64,000 nt of DNA. It comes from Candidatus Limnocylindria bacterium (GTDB lineage Bacteria; Chloroflexota; Limnocylindria; Limnocylindrales; CSP1-4). Positions 17,640-27,487 of the stretch are shown piece after piece. The position numbers were made by a program, and so were the translations under genes. Each line of letters opens with the position of its first letter. Position 1 is the stretch's first letter. Below the pieces are notes generated by a model. That model was given only the letters and a program-made list of their open reading frames with translations. It had not been told where the DNA came from and searched no databases. Location of the stretch: positions 8,496-72,495 of the forward strand of contig DATKBB010000116.1 in the NCBI GenBank assembly GCA_035514295.1, read 5' to 3'.

Positions 17640-18673
17640 GGAGATCCTCCTGGATTGGCTGGGGTCGCTTCGATGGGCCGGGCCGGGCCGAGCAGGAGGC
17701 GACGCTGGATTCCGAAGAGTGCCACCGGGTAGCGAGACGTGATCAAACCCCACAGCCCGCCGGGGGCAAGGAGGGTAACAAAGATTGCCACGCCGCCCAG
17801 TATCACCAGGTATAGCGTGCCCAGCTCGGCCAGCGTCTGCTGGAGCAGGAAGAATGCGGCCACGCCAACGATGGGGCCCTCGATGCGGCCCACCCCGCCA
17901 ATGATCACGACGAACATCATTCGAGCTGTCCAATCGATGCCAAAGGCGGCGTTGGGCTGAATGCGCAATAGCTGCATGTAGATGACCGCACCGGCGACGG
18001 CGCAACCCACGCCGGCAATGAGGAAGATGAACAGCTTGGCCCGAAAGATGTCCACGCCCAGGCTGCGTGCCGCGACCTCGCTGTCGCGCAGGCCCGAGAG
18101 GGCGAGGCCGAGCCGAGAGCGCATGATCAGCGCGACTACGACAATGGAGCCGATGCCCACCATCAGGGCCAGCCAGTACGTCAGGGCCTGACGCTCGGCG
18201 GCCGGCATGGCAACCAGCGCCTGGACGGTGACGCCGGTTCCGCCGCCCACCTGTGGCGTATTTAACACGACAAGGCGGATGACCTCCGCGACAACCCAGG
18301 TGCCGATGGCAAAGTACCCACCGGCCAGCCGGAAGACCAGCGGCGACACGGCCAGCGACACGGCCGCCCCCAGGAGTCCCACGCCGACGACGGGCAGGAC
18401 GGCCGGTAAGAGGGCCAGGTCGGTGAGCACGAAGAGTCCATACGCGCCCAGGCCGATGAAAGCCTGCTGGCCAATGGAAACGAGCCCGGCATAGCCCGCG
18501 AGTAGGTTCCACATCTGCGCCAGGGCGAGCAGCGTCAGAACCTCGACCAGGAAGCGCATCATGCCCGCCGAGCCCCAGGCCGGCACGGTCGCCAGCAGGG
18601 CCACGCTGGCCAGGCCGAGGATGGCTGCCCGGCGGCTGGCCCTGGTGCCCATGACGACCGTCGGCCCGCTCAC
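17636..18673 (-). CDS. branched-chain-amino-acid-type ABC transporter permease (LivM-like)
   Basis: GTG at 18673 overlaps the LivH-like stop (GTGA). Polytopic, with the GLVSIGQQAFIGLGAY motif. Confidence 0.8.
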   Translation of the reverse strand: MSGPTVVMGTRASRRAAILGLASVALLATVPAWGSAGMMRFLVEVLTLLALAQMWNLLAGYAGLVSIGQQAFIGLGAYGLFVLTDLALLPAVLPVVGVGLLGAAVSLAVSPLVFRLAGGYFAIGTWVVAEVIRLVVLNTPQVGGGTGVTVQALVAMPAAERQALTYWLALMVGIGSIVVVALIMRSRLGLALSGLRDSEVAARSLGVDIFRAKLFIFLIAGVGCAVAGAVIYMQLLRIQPNAAFGIDWTARMMFVVIIGGVGRIEGPIVGVAAFFLLQQTLAELGTLYLVILGGVAIFVTLLAPGGLWGLITSRYPVALFGIQRRLLLGPARPIEATPANPGGSP

Positions 18674-19545
18674 GACTGCCGCTCCTGGCGCCGGGCGAAC
18701 AGTCCCTGCGGCCTGAAGGCGAGGACCAGCAGGAAGAGCAGGTGCCCTGCCAGTACCGGGTAGGCCGGCCCCAGTTGGTTTCCTATGCCCTGTGCCACGC
18801 CCAGCATGATGCCGCCGATCAGGGTGCCCCACAGCGAGCCCAATCCCCCGATGATCACGGCCTCGAAGGCGAAGATCAGACGGGCCGGTCCGTCGACCGG
18901 CCCAAAGCTGGTGCGTATGCCCAGGAAGACGCCGGCCACGGCGACTGTTCCCAGCGCGATGGCCATCGCAATCGCGAACATCCGTCGATCGTCGATGCCC
19001 ATGAGCGTGGCGGTTTGGGCGTCGTCCGACGTTGCCCGCAGTGCCCTGCCAAGCCCGGTCCGGCTCAGCAGCAGCTGCAGGCCAACCAGGATCGCAACTG
19101 CCACGATGAGGGTAAGCAGCGGTAGAACACCGATCGCAATCTCGGGACTGAGCCGGATGCTATCCGTCTCTATGGCCCCGGCGTTCAGGCCGCGCGTGTC
19201 GGCCGTGTAGATCGAGAGCAGCAAGTTTTGGATCACGATGGCGAGGCCGAAGGTGACCAGCACCGGCGGCAGGACGCCTCGCCCCAGCGAGTGGTCGAGC
19301 AGCCCGCGTTGCAGGACATAGCCCAAGCCCATCATCAGCGGAACGACCAGGGCCAGCGCTTCGATTGGCCCGAGGCCGGTCAGCTGGACAACGCTGACAG
19401 CCACGAAGGCGGCCAGGATGGTGAGGTCGCCCTGGGCCAGGTTGACGATGCGCATGACGCCGAAAACGAGTGAGAGGCCGGTGGCCAGCAGGGCGTAGAC
19501 GCCGCCCAGCAAGGCTCCCTGCAGGACTGCGTTGACCCACTCCAT
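18670..19545 (-). CDS. branched-chain-amino-acid-type ABC transporter permease (LivH-like)
   Basis: 291 aa. MEWVNAVLQGALLGGVYALLATGLSLVFGVMRIVNLAQGD is the canonical LivH N-terminus. Confidence 0.85.
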   Translation of the reverse strand: MEWVNAVLQGALLGGVYALLATGLSLVFGVMRIVNLAQGDLTILAAFVAVSVVQLTGLGPIEALALVVPLMMGLGYVLQRGLLDHSLGRGVLPPVLVTFGLAIVIQNLLLSIYTADTRGLNAGAIETDSIRLSPEIAIGVLPLLTLIVAVAILVGLQLLLSRTGLGRALRATSDDAQTATLMGIDDRRMFAIAMAIALGTVAVAGVFLGIRTSFGPVDGPARLIFAFEAVIIGGLGSLWGTLIGGIMLGVAQGIGNQLGPAYPVLAGHLLFLLVLAFRPQGLFARRQERQS

Positions 19546-20243
19546 CAGATGCCGAAATAGACCGACGTGATGTGCTGGCGGGTCAGGTCCTGTGGGCGGC
19601 CGGCGAGCACGATGCGGCCCTTCAGCAGGCAGTACACGCGATCCGAGGCGGCCAGTGCCCTGTCAATGTTCTGCTCGACCAAGAGCACTGTCGCGCCGGC
19701 CTCCGAGATCCGCGGCAGGGCCCGGTAAAGCTGGCTTACCACAACAGGTGCCAGGCCCAGCGAGACCTCGTCGAGCAGGAGCAGTCTGGGCTGAGCCATC
19801 AGCGCGCGGCCGATGGCGAGCGCCTGCTGCTCTCCGCCCGACAGTACGGCCGCGCTGCGCCGAGCGAGCTGGCCAAGGATGGGGAAGAGCTCCGTGACGG
19901 CCTCCAGATCCCAAGTTCCGCGCCGCTTGCTGTGACTGCCAACGAGAAGGTTTTCCTCGACCGTCAGGCTGGGAAATACGCGCCGGCCTTCGGGCACGAG
20001 TGACACGCCCAGCCGAACGCGTTCGTGGCTGGCTAGGTTATCGATCCGCCGGCCGTCGAAAGTGACCGCGCCGCTGCGCGCCCGAACCAGCCCGGCGATC
20101 ATGCCCAGCAAGGTGGACTTGCCCGCGCCATTCGCGCCGATGATCGCTACGGTTTCGCCCTCGGGCACCTCGATTGAGACCTGGTGCAGCGCCTGCAGAT
20201 CTCCGTAATAGCTGCTCACCTGCTCGACAGCGAGCAGCGTCAC
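19545..20243 (-). CDS. ABC transporter ATP-binding protein (LivF-like)
   Basis: Walker A GANGAGKST, signature LSGGEQQ, Walker B LLLLDE. Confidence 0.85.
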   Translation of the reverse strand: MTLLAVEQVSSYYGDLQALHQVSIEVPEGETVAIIGANGAGKSTLLGMIAGLVRARSGAVTFDGRRIDNLASHERVRLGVSLVPEGRRVFPSLTVEENLLVGSHSKRRGTWDLEAVTELFPILGQLARRSAAVLSGGEQQALAIGRALMAQPRLLLLDEVSLGLAPVVVSQLYRALPRISEAGATVLLVEQNIDRALAASDRVYCLLKGRIVLAGRPQDLTRQHITSVYFGI

Positions 20244-21028
20244 AGCTCGACCATTTCCATTTCCTGGCCCATGTACACAGCCTGCACCTCGGGGCTGGCC
20301 ATCACGGCCCGCGGCTCGCCGTCGGCGAGCACACGCCCGAAATCCATGGCCATCAGCCGGCTGACGCCCGCAATAAGGGCCTGCACCACGTGCTCTATCC
20401 AGAGCACCGCGATCCCATCCTCGGGCAACGCCCGGATCAGGCCGACCAGCTCGTGGACCTCCGGTTCACTCAGCCCGCCGGCGATCTCGTCGAGCAGCAG
20501 CACGCGCGGCTGGGTGGCTAATGCGCGCGCCAGTTCCAGGCGCTTGCGGTCCAGCAGGGGCAGCGAACTGGCCGGCGTGTTGGCCCGCTCGAGCAGGCCG
20601 GTCCGCTCGAGCGAGCTGACGCTCGACGCGACCGGATCGCCAGCGCGGCTCCTGGTGGCGCCGGCAAATGTGGCCCCTACGAGCACGTTCTCGAAGACCG
20701 TCATGCCGGCGAACGGGCGCGGCACCTGGTGTGTCCGGGCGATTCCCTGCTGTGCCCGGGTATGGGCGGCGACAGACGTGATGTCGCGTCCTTCGAAGAA
20801 GACCTGACCGTCGTCGAGGGCGACGTTGCCGGTTATCAGGTTGAGCATGCTCGTCTTGCCGGCGCCGTTGGGGCCCACAACGCCGAGCGATTCGGCCTCG
20901 CCCAGCGCGAAAGTGAGGTCATCTGCCACTGTGACGCTTCCGAACGCCTTGCGGACGTTGCGCAGCTCCAGCAGGGCGGGCAAAGGGAGTGCTCTAGGAA
21001 CTGCCCGGAATTGGTCGCAGGTCGCCAA
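20240..21028 (-). CDS. ABC transporter ATP-binding protein (LivG-like)
   Basis: Walker A GPNGAGKTS, Walker B LLLLDE. An ATG at 21028 would overlap the binding-protein gene by 35 nt, so the true start may be further downstream. Confidence 0.8.
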   Translation of the reverse strand: MATCDQFRAVPRALPLPALLELRNVRKAFGSVTVADDLTFALGEAESLGVVGPNGAGKTSMLNLITGNVALDDGQVFFEGRDITSVAAHTRAQQGIARTHQVPRPFAGMTVFENVLVGATFAGATRSRAGDPVASSVSSLERTGLLERANTPASSLPLLDRKRLELARALATQPRVLLLDEIAGGLSEPEVHELVGLIRALPEDGIAVLWIEHVVQALIAGVSRLMAMDFGRVLADGEPRAVMASPEVQAVYMGQEMEMVEL

Positions 21029-22376
21029 CCTTGGGAATGTCGGGCTGGCCTTCGTTGCTGACGATCGTCAGGTCGTACGGGAAGTCCTCACCGGGGCCCC
21101 ATTGCCCGCCAACCAGGGGCGTCTTGGCCACGTTGGGGAAGGGGCCGCTGGACCAGTCGATGCGGCCCACAATCGTGTTCAGGTTGGTCGTCCGAATTGC
21201 GTCTCGGATGGATGCCTTGTCATCGATGTCAGAAGCGCGCCGGAGTGCGTCCGCCGCGACCTCGAAGAGCGCGTGGGCGAAGCCGATCGGTTGTGTCCAC
21301 TGGCGCTGGGTTGACTCGGTGTAGCCGTCTGCGAGGTCGCGTGCGGACTGCTGCGTCAGTGACGACGAGAAGGGGTGACTCGGGCTCCACCAGACCTCGG
21401 TCGAGAGCCCGTCGCCGTTCGTCTCACCCAGCGCTTCGACCGAGGCCGGGAAGAGCAGTGCCTTACCGATCGAAGCCACTCGCGGGCGGAACCCCTGCTG
21501 CAGTGCCTGGGTCCAGAATGTAGTGAAGTCCGGTGGAATCGGCACGCCGGTCACGATCTGGGCATTGCCGTTCCTAAAGGCGGCGATCTGGGCTGAGAAG
21601 TCGTCTGTCAGGTTCTCGTAACGGCCCGGATCGACGAGCGAGTAACCGTTTGCGCTGAAGGCCGGCGGGAAACCGACCTCCGGGCTGCTCCAGGCATTGC
21701 CGTCGCCGTCATTGGGCCAGATGGCGCCCACCACGGCGTTTGTCTCCAGCTGACTCCACATGTTCAGGAAGACGGCGATGATGTCCTCGAGGCCCCAGAA
21801 AAAGTGGTAGGTCCACTGGAAGGGCTGTGCCTCCGGCGGTGGCACGTTGGGCTGGCGCCCAAAGACATAGGGTTGCCAGGGCGCCACCGACGAGATGCAC
21901 GGGATGCCGTTCGCCTCGCACTGGTCGGCCACCGGATTGGTCGTCTCGGGCGTAGATGCGACGAGCATCAAATCGATGCCATCGCTGCTGATCAGCTCGC
22001 CGGCGACACTGGCGGCGCGGTTGGGATCCGACTGGCTGTCACGGGTCAGGATCTCGACCGGGAAAGTGCTGTTGCCTATGGCGAGGCCCGACCCGAATGC
22101 CTCGCGCACGCCATTCAGGACGTAGTCGTCCGCTTCGCCAAAGCCAGCCAGTGGGCCTGTTCTGGGGCTCACCCAGCCGATGCGAATCGTCCGCCCGGAA
22201 CCCGCGCCCGGAACAAGGTTGCAGGCGGCCAGTGCGCCGCCCAGCATGACCATGCCCGCTCCGGCAGCACTCAGGCGCAGGAAGCTCCTGCGGTCCATGT
22301 GCCTGCTGAGCGCCTGGCTCGAGACGTCCACCTCCACCTGCTCGGGCCTGGCCTCCGTCAGCCGATCCTCTTCCAT
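20994..22376 (-). CDS. ABC transporter substrate-binding lipoprotein (Leu/Ile/Val-binding-protein superfamily), Tat signal
   Basis: ATG at 22376 with AGGAGG upstream. RRSFLRLSAAGAGMVMLGGALAAC gives a twin-arginine motif plus a lipobox. The first 68 aa of ORF 20994..22580 are rejected. Confidence 0.75.
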   Translation of the reverse strand: MEEDRLTEARPEQVEVDVSSQALSRHMDRRSFLRLSAAGAGMVMLGGALAACNLVPGAGSGRTIRIGWVSPRTGPLAGFGEADDYVLNGVREAFGSGLAIGNSTFPVEILTRDSQSDPNRAASVAGELISSDGIDLMLVASTPETTNPVADQCEANGIPCISSVAPWQPYVFGRQPNVPPPEAQPFQWTYHFFWGLEDIIAVFLNMWSQLETNAVVGAIWPNDGDGNAWSSPEVGFPPAFSANGYSLVDPGRYENLTDDFSAQIAAFRNGNAQIVTGVPIPPDFTTFWTQALQQGFRPRVASIGKALLFPASVEALGETNGDGLSTEVWWSPSHPFSSSLTQQSARDLADGYTESTQRQWTQPIGFAHALFEVAADALRRASDIDDKASIRDAIRTTNLNTIVGRIDWSSGPFPNVAKTPLVGGQWGPGEDFPYDLTIVSNEGQPDIPKVGDLRPIPGSS

Positions 22377-22713
22377 CGATTGCCTCCTCTTGGCCGCGGA
22401 CTGGGGCTCAACGGGTGGCCGGAGTGAGTGTCCCGGAGCGGACCGGGCAGATGGCTCTCGCTGGGGAGCGCAAGGTGAGCCGCGGTGCATGACGTGCGTT
22501 GCCGGCGCGGGTTGAGGACCACGACATCCCCTCGACGGTGGGCTCTTGGTAACTCGCCGATGTTCGCTACGCGCACGCATGGCCGTTATGCGAACTGGTC
22601 GACGAAGTATCGAGCGGCTCGCAAATGATTGTCAAGCCGGCCTGACGTTGCCTGCGAGTGTCCCGAAATGGGACGGCTCAGAGCAGGCTGAGCCCGGCTA
22701 GAGTCCGCCGAAC

Positions 22714-23838
22714 ATGCGAGCTGCGGTCTACCTTGATCGGGAGGATATCCGTCTGTTGGATGTTGCGCTGCCCCGTCCCGCCCCTGACGAGGTCCTCCTT
22801 CGCGTGCACAGTACCGGCATATGTGGCACGGACGCCAGTGAGTTTGCTCGCGGGCCCTTCCTCTATTCGATCCGCGGGCGGCATCCCGTGTCGGGGCACT
22901 CCGGTCCGCTCATCCCGGGCCACGAGATCACGGGCTCGGTTGTAGAGCTTGGGCGCGACGTTGTTGGCCTTTCAACCGATGACCTGGTGGCCAGTGGGGG
23001 AGGTGTCTCCTGTGGGCTATGCGCGGCCTGCTGTGGTGGCCGCAGTAACCTCTGCCCCAGTTACTGGACCGTGGGCCTGCAGCGCAACGGCGGGCTGGCC
23101 GAGTACTGCGCGCTGCCGGCCGACACGTGCGTGCCACTCGCGCCCTATGAGCTGACTCTCGATGCCGCCACGCTGGCCCAGCCAATGGCCATCGCGGCGC
23201 ACGCGGTAAGGCGCGGGCGCGTAGAGGCGACGGAAGTTGTTGCGGTGGTGGGAGTGGGCGGCATAGGCGCCTTTGTCACCTATGCCGCCGCGGCAGCGGG
23301 AGCGCTGGTCGTCGCCTCAGACCTCGATCGTGGGCGGCGCGAGCTGGCCATATCGCTCGGCGCGACGTTCGTGGCTGATCCCAGCGGCGACGATCTCCAA
23401 GTGGTGCTGGCCGGCGCTGGCCTCAAGGCCTCCGTCGTGTTCGAGGTGTCGGGCACTCCGCAGGGCTTGCGCGCCGCCGTCAAGGCGCTCCAACCCGGCG
23501 CTCGCTTGGTGATCGTTGGTCTGCAGGATGAGCCCAGCCCGATCGACCTGCGTGAGGTGGCTCTGGCCGAGTGCGAGTTGATCGGCACGGTCGCCCACGT
23601 GTGCGCCGTGGACCTGCCCGAAGCCCTGAGGCTACTTGCTCGCCGGCGCGCTGGTTGGGCCGACGTGTGCCCGCTCGCGCTTCCGCTCGAGCGATTGGTA
23701 GAGGAGGGCCTGCGCCCGCTAGTCGACGGCAGGAGCAGCCGCGTGAAGACCATCATCGACCCGCATGTGCGCCAGACGCGCCAGACCATCATGGCCCTGG
23801 CCAGCATCGGCAGCGGTTCTCTGGGGAACACCCATTGA
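22714..23838 (+). CDS. zinc-dependent medium-chain alcohol/polyol dehydrogenase
   Basis: GICGTDASE, GHEITG, a structural-Zn Cys cluster CGLCAACCGGRSNLC and the Rossmann motif VVGVGGIG. Confidence 0.85.
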   Translation: MRAAVYLDREDIRLLDVALPRPAPDEVLLRVHSTGICGTDASEFARGPFLYSIRGRHPVSGHSGPLIPGHEITGSVVELGRDVVGLSTDDLVASGGGVSCGLCAACCGGRSNLCPSYWTVGLQRNGGLAEYCALPADTCVPLAPYELTLDAATLAQPMAIAAHAVRRGRVEATEVVAVVGVGGIGAFVTYAAAAAGALVVASDLDRGRRELAISLGATFVADPSGDDLQVVLAGAGLKASVVFEVSGTPQGLRAAVKALQPGARLVIVGLQDEPSPIDLREVALAECELIGTVAHVCAVDLPEALRLLARRRAGWADVCPLALPLERLVEEGLRPLVDGRSSRVKTIIDPHVRQTRQTIMALASIGSGSLGNTH

Positions 23839-23843
23839 ATGCC

Positions 23844-25229
23844 ATGACCACCCCAAAGACCGTTATCCGCGGCGCGCATGTCATCAGCATCGATCCCCAG
23901 ATCGGCGAGATAGCCGGTGGCGATGTGCTCATCGAGGGCCGCCACATCGCGGCTGTCGGCCGATCGATCGAGGCCGCCGATGCCCAGGTAGTCGACGCCA
24001 GCGCGATGATTGCGTTGCCCGGCTTCGTGGATACTCACCGCCACACCTGGCAGGCGCTGATCCGCAACATCGCCTCGGACTGGACGCTGGCCCAGTACTT
24101 CGCTGGCGTGCGGGGCGTGCTGGGTCGTACCTTCCGCCCGCAGGACAACTACGCCGGGACACTCGTGGGAGTGCTCGAGTCACTCGACAGCGGCATCACC
24201 ACGCTGCTCGATTGGTCGCACAACATGAACACTCCCGAGCATGCCGACGAGACCATCCGGGCGCATCAAGAATCGGGCTCGCGCGTCGTCCTGGCCTACG
24301 GCAATGCCAATGACGAGTGGCTGCCGGTCAGCAGCATCCCTCACTCCCGGGACTGTGTACGGCTAAGGGCGCAGTACTTCAATTCCGACGACCAGCTGAT
24401 CACCCTGGCGATGGCCCTCCGCGGGCCGCAGTTCGCAACGATGGACGTGACCGAGCATGACTGGAAGCTGGCGCGCGAAATTGGCGCGCGTATCTCGGTC
24501 CACGTTGGTGACGGGCTATGGGGCCTGGACAAGCCGCTGGTGCAGCTTGACCAGCGTGGGCTGCTGGGGTCCGACACCACCTACGTCCACTGCAACTCGC
24601 TTCACGATGACGACCTGCGCCTGATGGCCGACAGTGGCGGCAGCGCATCGGTCGCCCCGGAACTCGAGATGCACATGGGTCACGGGGACGTGGCTACCGG
24701 GCGGCTGCTGGCCCACGGTATCCGGCCCAGCCTGTCGATCGACGTAGTCACCTCGATCGGCGGCGACATGTTCGGTGCCATGCGCGCCTGCCTTGCTGCG
24801 GAGCTCGCCCTCCAGAACAAGCGGGCCCTCGACGCGCGGCGCGTGCTCGATCCGCTGCCGCTGATGACCAGCGATGCGCTCGAGTTCGCCACCATCGAGG
24901 GCGCGCGTGCCTGCGGCCTGGCAGACAAGGTGGGCTCCCTGACGCCGGGTAAGGAAGCGGACCTGATCCTGATCGACACCGACCAGCTCAACCTGATGCC
25001 CATGAATAACGCGCGCGGCGGCGTGGTCATGTCGGCACATCCGGGCAACGTCGACTCCGTCTGGGTGGCCGGCCGCAGGGTCAAGCAGGACGGCCGCCTG
25101 GTGGGCGTGGATCTGGCCGCCCTGCGGCGCACGGTAGAGGACTCGCGCGACCACGTCTTTGCGGCTGCCGGGGCTGCCATCGGCGGTGACTGGCTGCCCC
25201 GACCGTACGATGGAACACCGGCCGCATGA
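23844..25229 (+). CDS. amidohydrolase-superfamily protein (deaminase/chlorohydrolase-like)
   Basis: ATG at 23844 within ORF 23571..25229. The PGFVDTHRHTWQ metal-binding HxH motif is present. Substrate unknown. Confidence 0.75.
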   Translation: MTTPKTVIRGAHVISIDPQIGEIAGGDVLIEGRHIAAVGRSIEAADAQVVDASAMIALPGFVDTHRHTWQALIRNIASDWTLAQYFAGVRGVLGRTFRPQDNYAGTLVGVLESLDSGITTLLDWSHNMNTPEHADETIRAHQESGSRVVLAYGNANDEWLPVSSIPHSRDCVRLRAQYFNSDDQLITLAMALRGPQFATMDVTEHDWKLAREIGARISVHVGDGLWGLDKPLVQLDQRGLLGSDTTYVHCNSLHDDDLRLMADSGGSASVAPELEMHMGHGDVATGRLLAHGIRPSLSIDVVTSIGGDMFGAMRACLAAELALQNKRALDARRVLDPLPLMTSDALEFATIEGARACGLADKVGSLTPGKEADLILIDTDQLNLMPMNNARGGVVMSAHPGNVDSVWVAGRRVKQDGRLVGVDLAALRRTVEDSRDHVFAAAGAAIGGDWLPRPYDGTPAA

Positions 25230-25248
25230 GCGAGCAGGGACGAGGGGC

Positions 25249-25716
25249 ATGAGCACACCGATCACCGGTATTCATCATGCGGCGGTGAACGTCAGCGACT
25301 GGGACCGCTCAGTCGCCTTCTACCGCGACGTGCTTGGATTCGAGCTGATCTTCCAGGATGGGTCCGCCAGTGGACGTGAGCTGGACCAGAACACGAAGCT
25401 GGCCAACGTTCAGCTGCGCTTCGGTATGGTCCGCGCGGGCGAAACCCTGTTCGAGCTGATCCAGTACGAGCACCCTTCGCCCGGGCCCAACGACGGCTCG
25501 ATCAACGACACCGGCCGCACCCACCTCTGCTTTCGCGTCGCTGACATCGAGGCGGCCTATGCCGAGCTGAGCGAGCGTGGCGTCCGCTTCAACGGCCGCC
25601 CGCTGCACATCGATTCGGGGCCGCTGGCCGGTTGCGCCTTTGCCTACTTTCCCGACCCGGACGGCGTTCTCCTGGAAATCTTCGAGGACAACCGACAACG
25701 AGCCGGCGCGTCATGA
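25249..25716 (+). CDS. VOC (glyoxalase/bleomycin-resistance/dioxygenase) family protein
   Basis: ATG at 25249. ITGIHHAAVNVSDWDRSVAFYRDVLGFEL and DPDGVLLEIFE. Confidence 0.8.
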   Translation: MSTPITGIHHAAVNVSDWDRSVAFYRDVLGFELIFQDGSASGRELDQNTKLANVQLRFGMVRAGETLFELIQYEHPSPGPNDGSINDTGRTHLCFRVADIEAAYAELSERGVRFNGRPLHIDSGPLAGCAFAYFPDPDGVLLEIFEDNRQRAGAS

Positions 25717-25795
25717 AGCGACGACGCCACATCAGACAGTGCGCGGGCAGCCGGCGCGTTGGCGCCGCTACTGCCACGCAGAGAGGAGGCAGGGC

Positions 25796-27487
25796 ATGGG
25801 CAACGGCATAGCACCGCGCGAGTCGGCGGCACCCGCGCAGGCGACCTCGGTCGACCGCGAGGTCGATGTCGTCGTGGTTGGGGCGGGGGGCGGCGGGTTT
25901 CCTGCTGCGCTCTATTCCCGCTGGCTGGGCAACGAGGTGGTCGTGCTCGAGAAGGCGGCCGAGGTTGGGGGCACCGCCAAGAAGGCCGCTTTCTGGTACT
26001 GGGTGCCCAACAACGAGGCCATGAAGTCAGCCGGCATGGCCGACACGAAGGAGGACTTCCTGCGCTACGTAGCACGGTTGTCGCGCCCGCAGGCATACGA
26101 CGCGAACGATCCCAAGCTGGGCTTGTCCGACTGGGACTACGACCTGTGCGAGGCAATCTACGACAACGCCTCGGAGGCCACCCAGCAGCTCAGCCAGAAG
26201 AACGTGCTGCCCTATATCCACTGTGCCGCCGTCCCTGACTACTGGTCGGAGATCCCCGAGGACAAGGCGCCCTACGGGCGTGTGCTCCTGCCCGACGGCG
26301 CCCGCCCAACGATGTCCGACGGCGGTGAAGTTGCCGTCCGACGTTTCGCCGAGGCCGCTCAGCGCGATGGAGTGGACGTCCTTGCGTCTCATCGGGTCCA
26401 GCGTGCGCTGACCGATCCATCGGGCCGAGTGGTGGGCGTCGAGGCAACCCGCGCGGACGGCAGCCGGGCTGCCTTCCGAGCCCGCAAGGGCGTCATTTTC
26501 GCCACCGGCGGCTTCACCCACAACGTAGAGCTCCGGCGCAACTTCCTCAACGTTCCGGTCTACGGCGGCTGTGCCGCCCCGACCAACGAAGGCGACTTCG
26601 TCTATATCGCCTCGGCGCTTGGCGCACAGCTGCGCAACATGAACTACGCCTGGATGTGCCCGGTGTCACTGGAGAAGGCGGTCAAGCAAGACCCGTCGCT
26701 GATCGGCATGTTCTCTGTCGCCGGCGACTCGATGATCTGGGTCAACAAGACCGGCCGCCGGATGGTCAACGAGAAGCTCCAGTACAACGAACTGGCACAA
26801 ACATTCTTCAGCTGGGACGGGATCAACTGCGAGTACCCCAATTTGGTCCAGATCCAGGTCTGGGACCAGCGCAGTCAGGACCACTCGGCGAGTGACGAGT
26901 ATGGCCGGCTGATAGTGCCGCCGGGCGAGGACGACTCGCACGTCATCAAGGGCGAGACGCTCGACGAGCTGGCCACGAACATTGGTCGCCGCCTCGAGCG
27001 GTACGAGTCGGTCACCGGCGGCCTGCGGCTGAGCGATGACTTCGCCGATAACCTCAGGCAATCGATCGAGCGCTTCAACGGTTACGCCCGCACCGGCGTC
27101 GACGAAGAGCATCATCGGGGCGAGCGGCCGGTGCAGTTTCTTTTCAACGGCAACGTGAAGGAGGAGCCCGACAGTCCGAACGTGACCATGTATCCCATCT
27201 CGGAGTCAGGCCCCTACTACGCCGCGCTTGTGGCCGGCGGCACGCTCGACACGAAGGGCGGGCCCAAGACGAACCGGCATGGCCAGGTCGTCAACGATCA
27301 GGACGAGCCCATCCCCGGCCTGTATGGCGTTGGCAACTGCGTCGCATCTGCTTCGGCGCAGGCCTACTGGGCCGGTGGCGCGACCTTGGGTCCCATCCTG
27401 GCCTTTGCCTACCTCGCGGCGCAGGCCATCGATAAGGAGTCGGAGTCCCGGGCGCCTGCCACGCAGCAGGCGGCGGTAGCAGGCTGA
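25796..27487 (+). CDS. FAD-dependent oxidoreductase (3-ketosteroid dehydrogenase / fumarate-reductase flavoprotein-like)
   Basis: ATG at 25796 with GAGGAGG upstream. The dinucleotide fold DVVVVGAGGGGFPAAL...VVLEKAAEVGGT is present. Confidence 0.75.
   Translation: MGNGIAPRESAAPAQATSVDREVDVVVVGAGGGGFPAALYSRWLGNEVVVLEKAAEVGGTAKKAAFWYWVPNNEAMKSAGMADTKEDFLRYVARLSRPQAYDANDPKLGLSDWDYDLCEAIYDNASEATQQLSQKNVLPYIHCAAVPDYWSEIPEDKAPYGRVLLPDGARPTMSDGGEVAVRRFAEAAQRDGVDVLASHRVQRALTDPSGRVVGVEATRADGSRAAFRARKGVIFATGGFTHNVELRRNFLNVPVYGGCAAPTNEGDFVYIASALGAQLRNMNYAWMCPVSLEKAVKQDPSLIGMFSVAGDSMIWVNKTGRRMVNEKLQYNELAQTFFSWDGINCEYPNLVQIQVWDQRSQDHSASDEYGRLIVPPGEDDSHVIKGETLDELATNIGRRLERYESVTGGLRLSDDFADNLRQSIERFNGYARTGVDEEHHRGERPVQFLFNGNVKEEPDSPNVTMYPISESGPYYAALVAGGTLDTKGGPKTNRHGQVVNDQDEPIPGLYGVGNCVASASAQAYWAGGATLGPILAFAYLAAQAIDKESESRAPATQQAAVAG

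Noticed and set aside
17640-18512. N-terminal 290 aa of ORF 16710..18512, which would make a 600-aa MoxR protein
   Set aside because: This part overlaps the LivM-like permease gene in another frame and is Arg/Pro/Gly junk. A GTG at 17639 with an AGGAGG RBS gives a normal ~309-aa MoxR protein.
22377-22580. 68-aa N-terminal extension of the substrate-binding protein ORF
   Set aside because: The extension is Arg/Pro-rich. The ATG at 22376 has an AGGAGG RBS and is followed by a Tat signal and lipobox.
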